The notes beneath the pieces are model-generated. The model was given only the letters and a program-made list of their open reading frames with translations, did no database searches and was not told where the DNA came from. From positions 96,001-160,000 of the forward strand of contig CAVZZA010000001.1 of NCBI GenBank assembly GCA_963779615.1: a stretch of DNA of 64,000 nucleotides, read 5' to 3'. The position numbers and the translations under genes were made by a program. Positions 42,835 to 52,974 of the stretch are shown here, piece by piece. Position 1 is the first letter of the stretch, and every line of letters begins with the position of its first letter. The DNA comes from an uncultured Nitrososphaeraceae archaeon (lineage in GTDB: Archaea > Thermoproteota > Nitrososphaeria > Nitrososphaerales > Nitrososphaeraceae).

Positions 42835-44325
42835 CTAGGCTGCTGCGGGTAATGTTTTTCTCTTTAAAATCAGTCCAAATCCAAGGGATACTGCTGACAA
42901 TAACCCTGATGTAAGGAACACCAGATCATAAGATTCATCTGATGGATATGATCCCCTGACCCCCATAGTTTCATGATCGGCCATATATATACCCGCCAGT
43001 GCCGGACCTATTGCCATGCCTACAAACAACAACAGAGCACCAACTCCCACCGATATGCCGGTAAATTCTTTTGGGGATGATGACACTATCATATTCCAGG
43101 TTGCAGTCATGGTAAGTGACAGACCAGTAGCAATTATGGCCAAATTCACAGATACTATAAATTCAGTTGAATTGAACACCAACAATCCAATTGTACCAAA
43201 TAGGCTGATTACTCCACCAATGATCGCAGGCTTTATGCTGCCTATTTTGTTTATGATAAATGGGGTAATGCCTGCAAACACCAGGAAACTTATCATAAAT
43301 GGCAGCTGAACGTTTGCAGCATCCACTGAATCGCCTCCAAACCCCAGTGGAATTGGACTCCTAACCAACTGGACTATTGTTGGATAGATCATGAACATCG
43401 TAATTCCAGTGGTTATCAATATGATGTAGGAGGGTAACAGGATCTTGTCTCGCAACAACCTCAAGTCAACAAACGGAGGCACAGCCTTTCTTTCTACTAC
43501 AACAAACACACTTAACGAAATTACAGATATCAAGAATGCCCCGGCGATTTGCGGAAGATTTTCTTTATTTACGCCGATTTGTATAAGTGTAAGTGCGATT
43601 AGAAAGAAGGATATCGTTGCAGAAAGAGCCAATATACCCTTGATATCTACTGGAAATGCTTTTCGTTTATTATTTGATGCATTTTCTTCAATTATGGATT
43701 TGCTAGATAGACCTGATCCTGTGTTTTCCTTTACTATTTTAGAGATGAGTAGCGTTACTAGTATCTAAAAAGGAACTATAGCCAAGAAAGTCGAGTGCCA
43801 GCCAAAGGCTTGGATGATGCTGGCTCCAACCAACAGGCCAACCACTGAACCTGCTGAATACGCAGATCCAAATATCCCTACAGCTATGGAAAGTTTAGCC
43901 GGTGGGAAGGTATCCCTAAGAAGGCTAAATGCAGCCGGGATCGCCGCTAAACCGGCGCCCTGGATAATTCTTGTGACAAGTAGAAAAGATATGCTATTCG
44001 CGAATCCGCCGGCCGTCAGTCCAACCACATATATCACAAGTAATGATAGTAACACTTTCTTTTTTCTGTACAAATCAGAAAGTCTACCGGCAATGGGGGT
44101 CATCACGGCAGCCACAATCAAGTAAGCACTGAATATCCAGGCCGCGGTTCCGTAGGATATGCTGAATTCGCCTATTATCTCTGGCAGCGCAGGCAAGAGC
44201 ATTGTTTCCGAGAAAAAAACTGTCAAGAGAGTGCTGCTGAGTATTGCTAGTGTAAGCCAAGCATGACGGCCAATAACAGCTGTTTCATTAACTACCTTGT
44301 TTTTTTCACTCTGGTTTTTTACCAT
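42835..44325 (-). pseudogene. MFS (DHA2-like) transporter interrupted by one in-frame TAG at 43765-43767
   Basis: GRLSDLYRKK motif A, RIIQG; ORFs 43765-44325 and 42835-43632 share a frame with an open linker (ILVTLLISK...VDIKGIL). Confidence 0.88.
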
Positions 44326-44344
44326 AGATTAATTACCTTTTCTC

Positions 44345-44398
44345 ATTAACTATAATTAGGTAAGCATATAAGTTAATAGGTAACATCATGGTAAGTAG
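44345..44398 (-). promoter_or_regulatory. Promoter/operator of the MFS gene, homologous to 45304-45357
   Basis: 41/54 ungapped identity; TTATAT box flanked by CTTAC motifs. Confidence 0.75.
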
Positions 44399-44822
44399 AT
44401 AGCATATGGTATACTGAATGAGAAAATCCTTACAAGAAGGAGTTATAAAAAGATGCCCTATCGATCATATGAAACAATTTTTTTTGAAACATGTATGTCA
44501 AAGTAATCATGTACCCTATGCTAAATTACAATAATTAAATTTTATGCACTTGATATTGGAAGTCATCATTGGCACCATGGTTTTTTCATTCTGAGGCTAG
44601 TCTGGATAATGAAATGGTGAGCAAAATGGTTAAACCATTTAATAAACGCTCGAGATTAAATTTAAGATTATGATGAAAAGGAAAATCTGCTTAACATGGT
44701 GCGGCTACGGTAACCAGGACCCGGCGTTAATCCCGACGCATTAACAAGGGTATTCTTCTGTATCTACTATTAACTATGCATATAAAACATGCAGGAACAA
44801 AGAGGGTTAATAGTTTATTGGA

Positions 44823-45287
44823 CTACATGTATTTTTTAATGGATTTAGCGGTTATTCTGTCAATTTTGGCCGGATCGGGGTTGTCAAACATCTTGTCGCC
44901 GCAATGCCTGACGGAAAACAACGCCATTTGCTCCAAAATCGGCTGTAACTCTTTGCCCTTTTGGGTAAGGTAGTACTCTATCCTGACTGGAGTCTCGTTG
45001 TACACCTGGCGCCTTATGATTCCGTCATTCTCCATCTCTTTCAGCCGTATTGACAGGGTTTTGGGGTTTATCTCCTCTATTGAATTCAAGAACTCGTTAA
45101 ACCGCTTCTGCCTAACGTAAATCATATTGCGCAATATCAAAAGGGAAAACTTTTTGCCAATTATGTTAAACGTGTTAAAGACAGGGCAGCATTTGCACAG
45201 CATCCCATCTATCACATGTTGCTGCTGCTGCTGTTTGGAATTTTCCCTATTTTCCTGGTGCTGCTCATACGACTCTTGCTCGGTCAA
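44823..45287 (-). CDS. HxlR-family winged-helix transcriptional regulator
   Basis: CCPV...IIGKKFSLLILR, KRFNEF, INPKTLSIRLKEME, PVRIEYYLTQKG. Confidence 0.93.
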   Translation of the reverse strand: MTEQESYEQHQENRENSKQQQQQHVIDGMLCKCCPVFNTFNIIGKKFSLLILRNMIYVRQKRFNEFLNSIEEINPKTLSIRLKEMENDGIIRRQVYNETPVRIEYYLTQKGKELQPILEQMALFSVRHCGDKMFDNPDPAKIDRITAKSIKKYM

Positions 45288-45303
45288 CTTAACAACACTT
45301 CAC

Positions 45304-45357
45304 CTACTTACAGATTTGTCACTTACCAGTTTATATACTTACCTTATTATAGTTAAT
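45304..45357 (+). promoter_or_regulatory. Divergent promoter/operator between the HxlR gene and the Cys-rich gene
   Basis: Three CTTAC motifs around a TTTATATA box; homologous to 44345-44398. Confidence 0.75.
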
Positions 45358-45375
45358 AACACTAAGTGATTTAAA

Positions 45376-45762
45376 ATGGTAGAAAACCAATGTGACTCAA
45401 CCTGTGCGACTCCCAATCGCATAGAAGAACCTGCAACCCACAATCAGAGTTGCTCAAGCACATGTGAATGCCAAACAACAACATCTGGTAATTGCAACAG
45501 CAGTTCTTCTTGTTGTGAAACAGACCCAATTGAAACAGCAAAACAGCTATTGGAAAGCTCCTTCTTTGCAGCGCTGAAAGAGGTTCATGTCGAAAAAATT
45601 AAGAAAATAATTGAAAGGGATTCGGGAGGCACCATAGACAAGACCGCTGAACTGGCGGTCAAAACAATTGAAAAGCAATGGCAGGCATCCGTATCAGCAT
45701 CAAACACAAAGAAAGAGTTCTATGAAGAACTGGGAAGGATTATGGCACCTAATAGCAAATAA
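45376..45762 (+). CDS. Protein with Cys-rich (metallothionein-like) N-terminus and helical C-terminal domain
   Basis: 8 Cys in the first ~47 aa (CDSTC, CSSTCEC, CNSSSSCC). Confidence 0.75.
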   Translation: MVENQCDSTCATPNRIEEPATHNQSCSSTCECQTTTSGNCNSSSSCCETDPIETAKQLLESSFFAALKEVHVEKIKKIIERDSGGTIDKTAELAVKTIEKQWQASVSASNTKKEFYEELGRIMAPNSK

Positions 45763-46864
45763 TGGCAAGCAGATGTACCCTACAATCCCCTTTTTGTTTT
45801 ATTGGCCTTGAGAGTACGGCAGTTAAACAGGTTTACCAGATTTTGTTTATTTTAATACAAACGCCTAGTCGATGACCATACAGGGAATTCTTAGATATTT
45901 CCTTTGATTTAAAACCAGCAGAAAAATGCCTTCCAAATTTATGGTCACTACTGGAATTCGAGGTTGCTATAAAGGATATCCTCCACACAATCAATTGCAC
46001 TCTACTGCCGGCTGGCACAATTTTAGATACATCGGGATGGGATTGTTAGCACCTGACGTTTTCTTCAATTTGTTAACGTGATAAAACAGGCATAATACCA
46101 ACACTATAAACACAAATAGGAATATTTGGTATAGATTTATCTTTTAATTTAATAATTTAAGTCATACATTCGACAGTAATAGCAGACACCATGATGACTT
46201 GCATTTTTTGACACAGTGATGGAAAAAAGGGTTTATGCTTGCCGAATTGTGGTCAAGGTAACTGGATAACTACGGCTTTAGCCATACCGGCATTGAGATC
46301 AGGATTTGATGAGTTGGAGATATATAAAAAAAGAAATGTGGTTAACAGCCATGAATCCCAAAAGCAGGCCATACACCAACACAATGGCCACCAAAGAATT
46401 ACATGCCCCAACTAAAACACCTGCTCTGCTTAAGGGGGATTTGCATTTCGTTACCAATTCCTCTAAACACTATGACAAAGATATACTTGATTTGGAACCC
46501 AATAAACCACAATCTAACAAATCACTGAATAAAGGCAACAATCAAAATATGAACAGGAGTGTTTAAGAAATAATGAGAATAATTGAGCAAGCAAACAATG
46601 CCGGAAAAACAAAAAGGGCAAATATTGCCAATTTGTATGGTTCTTCTTTCTAAGAACAATACCAAACAGGTCACCTAATTCCTAGTTGCCTTTTTTGTTA
46701 ACAATAACGCCCTATTAATATACTCAACGATAGGAGTCGGTATAAAGCATAAAACCTAAAGTTATCACATCAGTTTTGAATCTAAATATTTCGGACAAAC
46801 GAATCAAAATAACTAACATCAAATCCATGGGATTTTGCAGTTGCGTGTCTTATCTAAAGCCGAT

Positions 46865-47116
46865 CTATTTTCCGGCATATCGACCATAGCCATCATCCAT
46901 CATTAATTCTCTATCTACAAATTTAATCAGTTTCTTGTCGAATATCTTTGTAGAGTAATCACAAATAATGCATCGAAAATACACTTTAGATTTTCTCACT
47001 TTAGGCTTTCCTGTAGTTTCATAACGACTGACAAACCAATCTTTTGGTGAATTAATTTTACAGTTTGGGCAAACAATGCATGCAGACACCTCGTCTAAAT
47101 CATCCGAGATAGACAT
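46865..47116 (-). CDS. Small zinc-ribbon protein
   Basis: CPNC...CIIC. Confidence 0.6.
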   Translation of the reverse strand: MSISDDLDEVSACIVCPNCKINSPKDWFVSRYETTGKPKVRKSKVYFRCIICDYSTKIFDKKLIKFVDRELMMDDGYGRYAGK

Positions 47117-47679
47117 ATGCTGTTAGTATAGTGATTTTTCAACCTATTTATTTATTGATGATTACAAAGACAGCAAATAGGGGATGGTGAAACAGGGTGA
47201 AACGAAAACGCTGCAAAGTACAAAACAACTTGAAGAAGTCAGCAAAGTTTAATTTATCACCTATCTCCACTGTTGCCTTCTTTTGATTTTTGCAACCCCG
47301 CAGCCATAGACATTGGTTGGTCAGGCAATCGCGTTATTTCGCAATCTTTAGTTTTATCCCTCTGAAGATTAACTTAATTCCTATAATTCTTGTGCATTGC
47401 TTAAAATATTTGCACCCCTGTAATTCCGATTGAGCATTTTGAGAAATGTGATACAGGATTCTATTTCTATGATATCTTCAATATAGATCTAAAGCCTTAT
47501 TGATGAAATTGTTTTTAAACCTGGGAAAAAAACGGCTCATAACCATGTTTATTTCAAATGTGATTGATTGGCTTTTAATATCTTACTAAGCAACAACACA
47601 AATCACCAAACACATCCTTCAGATTGAAAGTCTTGGGGAATTGTAAAACTTTTAAGCACTTTTTACGCATTCCACAGAT

Positions 47680-48747
47680 ATGTACTTGTCAAAAGGCCCA
47701 ATTAATAGAATGCTGATAGGGGTCAACTTTGATGGAGTCAAGATTGCTGAACGCCAAAACCGTCAAAAGGCAGCACCCCCAAGCAACTACATTAGCGATT
47801 CTTTCAGAATTTTTTCCAAAAGTGGATTAAACTGCATAAGAATACCTTTTTACTGGGAATCTTTTGAAAAGGATCCTATTGGCTTCATTGAAGAGTTAGA
47901 GATCATTTCAGACGAGGCGGATAAAAACGATTTAAAGTGCATTTATGACAACCACCAGTGGAAATGCTCCTCCTTGTTAGGTTACGGGATCGGATTTCCA
48001 GATTCATTATTACACACCATATCGCAACGAAAGCCTCCAACTTACGATTCTTGGAGTCCTCCAAATAAAAGAGAACTTGAAACATTCTGGAATCAATGGT
48101 GGGACAGAAAAGCAGCAAACAGCGAAAATAAGGACGGATGGGAATCACAAAGAGACTTTTTAAAAATAGTCATAAGCAAACTGAATAACAAGAAATCCAC
48201 ATTTGGATTTGAAATACTTAATGAACCCCAGGTATACAGAAATTCCGACTTCAAGAAGGTTTCAGATGACCATAACTACATGGTAGAAAATCTAGAAAAA
48301 CACACAGAAAAGCCATTCCTTTTCTCTTGCGCACACTCCAAATCAACAAGGTCATTTGGTTTTCCATGGAGACAATCCAAAATTAGACCCACAATCGAAA
48401 CAAAAAACAGGATGATATTTGACATACACCCATATCCACCGCATTACGTAGTTTTGTTATACTATAAATTAGTATCTACATTAATGAAAAATGATAAAAT
48501 GTTTGCAGGAGAGTTTAATTCAGGAGTAAAGGAGAATGCAACAATAAATCCAAAACAACATGCACAGTACACCAAAAGATTTTTAGGCTTTTCACTGCAT
48601 GGTGCCACCTTTTGGTGGTGGTCATATGAACCCGACAGCGCCCATCCTGCATTTAATTTAACCAAGGTGGTGGAAAACAGGATTCATCCCAACGAAAACT
48701 TTGTAAATCTTATTAAATCGATATCACAGAACATAAAGGATCAGTAA
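47680..48747 (+). CDS. Glycoside hydrolase family 5 (cellulase-like)
   Basis: IRIPFYWE, DNHQ, FEILNEP (acid/base), DIHPY, AGEF (nucleophile), WWW; no signal peptide. Confidence 0.85.
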   Translation: MYLSKGPINRMLIGVNFDGVKIAERQNRQKAAPPSNYISDSFRIFSKSGLNCIRIPFYWESFEKDPIGFIEELEIISDEADKNDLKCIYDNHQWKCSSLLGYGIGFPDSLLHTISQRKPPTYDSWSPPNKRELETFWNQWWDRKAANSENKDGWESQRDFLKIVISKLNNKKSTFGFEILNEPQVYRNSDFKKVSDDHNYMVENLEKHTEKPFLFSCAHSKSTRSFGFPWRQSKIRPTIETKNRMIFDIHPYPPHYVVLLYYKLVSTLMKNDKMFAGEFNSGVKENATINPKQHAQYTKRFLGFSLHGATFWWWSYEPDSAHPAFNLTKVVENRIHPNENFVNLIKSISQNIKDQ

Positions 48748-48882
48748 ACGCTCCACGACACCACATAGAAAAATCAAGCCCCATTTTGGAATCAAAACAC
48801 CAGACATAGAGCCACTCTTAACAAGGGAATCCAAAAGTTTAACCAATTCCAGGGGTACAAAATATGAATCCTTTTTTAGCAT

Positions 48883-48913
48883 TGAAAACGCAGGGGAAAC
48901 CACCGGGCCTATT
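48883..48913 (+). repeat. att-like site 4
   Basis: TGAAAACGC-AGGG-GAAACCACCGGGCCTATT. Confidence 0.75.
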
Positions 48914-49442
48914 AATATTTTTAGTAACGCCATGGCATGGCAAATGCAGCATAAAAATTATGATGTTGATCTGGTATCTGCCGTTTTTTTCCAGGCAATA
49001 GTTGTCATTTGTTTACATTATCCTTGCCAGATACAATATAGCCAAAGTAAAAATAAAAAAATAAAAAAAGAGAACCATAATTTCACCCATACAAAAAATA
49101 TTGACATTCAGTTTCTCCATAGAGAAACTAATCTTATATCCGTGATGCATAATTTTTCAATTGCTACACACGTTGATTTTCATGTTGTTTTTGGATGGAG
49201 AATAGCACATTTTTTTGGAAAACTACCTTTCAGACAAGTTCCAAACAATGTTCTTTAAAATGGGTCCCAAAGAGTGATCCAACAATTCACGTAAAATATT
49301 ACTGGTTAAAATTCTACTCAATAATCATCTTAACTTATTTTATAATAACTTTTTCTTAAACTATCTAGGTGGAAAAATTCATTATGAAATTTACGTATAA
49401 AGTGACTAATTCAAGATATACCAAAAGTATGTTATTCCAATA

Positions 49443-49751
49443 ATGAAAAATGCAAATAAAATGCTGCTGATAGCAGCAATTACATCGTTATTAGTCATGG
49501 GAACAAGCATAATTCCGATGCAATCCTATGCAGGAAGCACCAGTGACGAGTTCAAGTCAAAGATAAAATCAAGCACACAAATAGACAAAAAGAGTGCAAG
49601 CCAGCACTTGGACCAGGATAACTTTTGCTACAGAGGCGCTGAATGTCAACAAGCCAACCAAGCCCAACAGATAATCGGAGAAGACAACGAAGCATCAGGA
49701 TTCAATGACCAAAGCTTCAACATAGAGGATTCAACAGACTCCACAGAATAG
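49443..49751 (+). CDS. Small secreted protein with the same Cys-pair N/Q-rich domain as 35017-35673
   Basis: Signal ending SYA; DQDNFCYRGAECQQANQAQQ. Confidence 0.75.
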   Translation: MKNANKMLLIAAITSLLVMGTSIIPMQSYAGSTSDEFKSKIKSSTQIDKKSASQHLDQDNFCYRGAECQQANQAQQIIGEDNEASGFNDQSFNIEDSTDSTE

Positions 49752-49969
49752 GCAACAAACCACTAGAAACAAAGCAGACAGGAATGGGAACATTCCAATA
49801 AAAGAATGGGATCAACCATCTCATTGATTTTTTTTGGAACACCACATATACAAGATTTTAGATTTGTCATGAATTCCAACAGGTTCAGCGCCGCAATCAG
49901 TTTCTTGCCAAGCATGGCAGACTGATCATTATAGGGACCTCAAAAACCTGTTGAGGACTAATAACATGC

Positions 49970-50454
49970 AAGGCATTCATACCGTAAAGGCACATCTCAT
50001 GGTTAACAACCAGGGAGTCATCATCCACAAAACAGAAAACAAGAAAGGAAAAAGGCATGGCTATGACATATACAAAAAGAATCACCCAATAACCCCAAAG
50101 CATGTTGTCAGCGTGTTTGACCTTGGGTATCTTGGGGTTGGGAAAGACCTTCCTGACCAAAAGTCATAAATGCCAAACAAAAACAAGAGAAGCCAAAAAG
50201 AGTTGGCTCGGGAAGAAAAAGAGCACAAACAGAACCACTCCAGAAAGAGGATAGTGATAGAGCACACTATTTGCAGAATGAAGAGTACAGGATAATGGGC
50301 GATGTCTTCAGAAACAGCCTCAAAAAGTATGATAAGGTGTCAGATATGATAGCAGGACTGGCAAACTACAGAACATTGTCATCTTTTTGGATGGGCATCG
50401 TCAGTCATTGCCGCACTGATAGGGCATACTGTTTCTAATTATGCAAAAGGTCTA
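49970..50454 (+). mobile_element. IS5-family (ISL2-like, DDE_Tnp_4) transposase 3' remnant with right terminal repeat
   Basis: HTVKAHL, FDLGYLG, internal stop, HSRKRIVIEHTICRMK, GLANYR; TTATGCAAAAGGTCTA at 50439-50454; left boundary approximate. Confidence 0.8.
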
Positions 50455-50542
50455 ATGAGGCTTGTCCCTGCAAAGGCCAATTTTGTCGATACAGCTAAAA
50501 CTTATGTAGGGGCATACTGTTAGGAAACTAGTCAATCGTCCT

Positions 50543-52336
50543 TTGTTTAACAATGCAAGGATTCCTCTGTCAAAGGCAAATTCTACCATACTAATTGCGA
50601 TAGCTGTTGTTGCTATATTGCTCTCAGTTTATTCATATCAATATTACACTTTCACTTCTGCTCAAATCTCAGATATTGCTTTACAAGAGATAAAGACAAA
50701 TTCTCAAATCCAAGTACATGATCTTTCGCAAATACTATCAAACAAATTTGAAAGCATAAGCAATCTCTTGCAAGTGCTTGCAGATTCACCAGCCATACAT
50801 AACAACGAGTACAAAAGGGCATCTACCATTATAGACATTAGACAACAATACTCAAATCAACTTACAGATTTTTACATGTGGCTTGACAAAAATGGCAGGA
50901 TGGTTTGGTTGAGCAACATTAGCCAAAGCGACCATCAAAAGTATAAAGGAACAGATTTGAGTTACAGGCCATATTTTTCTGTACCCAGGGATACCCATAC
51001 AGCATATTATAGCAGTTTGATAGAATCAAATGACAAGATTCCCAGGTTATACATATCCTATCCAGTAATCAACAATACAGAAAAAGGATCGCCTGGAATA
51101 TTTACCGGCGTTGTAGTTGCATCAATGAGAGCTACCGCCTTAGAAACCCTGTTACAGCATCAATTAGTTCCGCAATTTAACAGCACAGTAGGACTGCTGG
51201 AGGGAAAAGGCATGGTAATTTATTCGAGCACGCCGTCATTTATTGGTAAAGACGTTTTTGGCAATTACATACAATTTGCATTTTCATCCTCACTTTCTTC
51301 TGAAGATAAAAGTTCGTTAAATAACCTGATAAAGGATTCACTGCATGGAAACAAGGGATCAGACGACATTGCTTTACAGGGAAAAATGAACACCATATCT
51401 TATGAGCCCGTAAACATTAATGGCAAGTACTTTTTGACACTATACGTTATTGCTCCACACAATCTCGCAAGTGACGTTGGTGGGCTAATCAATCAACAGA
51501 AGAACTTTAGTGTCATTATAATAATTGTAATTGCAGCGGTAGCAATCGGTAGTGCGTTTTTGGTACTTTTGTGGAACAAGAGGTTAAAATTCACGGTAGA
51601 TAAAAGGACTGCAGAACTAAAGGCAGCAAATGAACAGTTAAAAGTTCATGACAAGATGCAAAATGAATTCATTAACATTGCCAGTCATGAAATAAAGACT
51701 CCGACTCAAATTCTTCTTAGCTATTCAGAGCTGTTACAAAGACATCCCGAAAAAATGGAACAAATATCTGAGGCAATATTTAGAAACGCCCAGCGGTTAC
51801 AAAAACTTACAAACGATATTCTAGATGTTACAAAAATTGAAAGCCAGACTCTAAAACTAAACAAAGAACAATTCAGCCTGACTGACACAATATCCATTGT
51901 TTTAGAAGATTTCAAAAATAGCATTCAAAATGAAGGCAGAGATATAAAGTTAATATACAAACCCGGTGAGAGTCTGGCAGTAGAAGCAGACAAGGGAATG
52001 ATAACCCAGGTGTTGTATAACATATTAAGCAATGCCATCAAGTTTTGCAAAAAAACTGGTGGAAAGATATATGTTACTACTACAGTGCAGAAAATGCAAA
52101 ATAGCAAGGATAGTGATAAGAAAGCCATTGTTAGCGTCAAAGATGATGGAACAGGCATAGACCCCACCATAATCCCAAGACTATTTACAAAATTTGCCAC
52201 AAAATCAGAAACAGGTAGTGGTTTAGGACTGTTTATATCAAGGGGCATAGTTGAAGCTCATGGTGGAAGAATTGGGGCTCAAAACAATTCTGATGGAGTA
52301 GGGGCCACTTTTTACTTTATGCTACCCATGTCGTAA
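50543..52336 (+). CDS. Membrane sensor histidine kinase with extracellular dCache domain
   Basis: Two TMs, DLSYRPYF Cache motif, ASHEIKTP H-box, NILSNAIKF, DDGTGI, GSGLGL. Confidence 0.95.
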   Translation: MFNNARIPLSKANSTILIAIAVVAILLSVYSYQYYTFTSAQISDIALQEIKTNSQIQVHDLSQILSNKFESISNLLQVLADSPAIHNNEYKRASTIIDIRQQYSNQLTDFYMWLDKNGRMVWLSNISQSDHQKYKGTDLSYRPYFSVPRDTHTAYYSSLIESNDKIPRLYISYPVINNTEKGSPGIFTGVVVASMRATALETLLQHQLVPQFNSTVGLLEGKGMVIYSSTPSFIGKDVFGNYIQFAFSSSLSSEDKSSLNNLIKDSLHGNKGSDDIALQGKMNTISYEPVNINGKYFLTLYVIAPHNLASDVGGLINQQKNFSVIIIIVIAAVAIGSAFLVLLWNKRLKFTVDKRTAELKAANEQLKVHDKMQNEFINIASHEIKTPTQILLSYSELLQRHPEKMEQISEAIFRNAQRLQKLTNDILDVTKIESQTLKLNKEQFSLTDTISIVLEDFKNSIQNEGRDIKLIYKPGESLAVEADKGMITQVLYNILSNAIKFCKKTGGKIYVTTTVQKMQNSKDSDKKAIVSVKDDGTGIDPTIIPRLFTKFATKSETGSGLGLFISRGIVEAHGGRIGAQNNSDGVGATFYFMLPMS

Positions 52337-52974
52337 AAAACAACAAAAAAAAGCAGAGCACAGCGACAAGTGCAACCGCATCGGATCACACAGACATGAA
52401 ACTGATTTGTCAAATCCCACCCCTCAAACACACCACATACATCATACCAAATAAAAGGAACATAGAGAACAAACGGCAACGGCATCAATTAACAAATAAT
52501 GATTGAATGGACTGTTGAACCCTTATCCTGCAAGGTTTTGAACACCCAATGGACAATTCAGATTTTATCTAAAAAAGATACAACGCATTAGATGAACATA
52601 ATTTTAATTGAAAGATAAATTGAACTATTCTAATGAATATTGTTTAGTCATCAATAGCCAAAAAAAAGAATCAACGTTTGAAAGGCTTGGATCGGAATCC
52701 AGTCCCCACCCCTGAGAGAATAATAACCAAATATTTTGAACGGCCTTTCTATGCTTTTAACTGAAATTCTGAATTTGAAAAAGAATAAAGCTAAATTGCT
52801 CCTTTTGTAATGCTATAGATGAATCCTTTACCAATTTGTACAAGTTCGCTAAGTTAGAAATGTAGAATGACCATCACCTACCCAGATAAGGAGCGCCATG
52901 AAAGCAGATTTTTATCAAAAAATCCGCTATAAAAATATCGATTGTTTAGCACACTTTAAATGGTATTTTATCGG

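Noticed and set aside
43765-43767. Pyrrolysine recoding of the in-frame TAG in the MFS gene
   Set aside because: No pyl genes in the window, TAG is a normal stop in many genes here, and the site is in a TM helix; a nonsense mutation is simpler.
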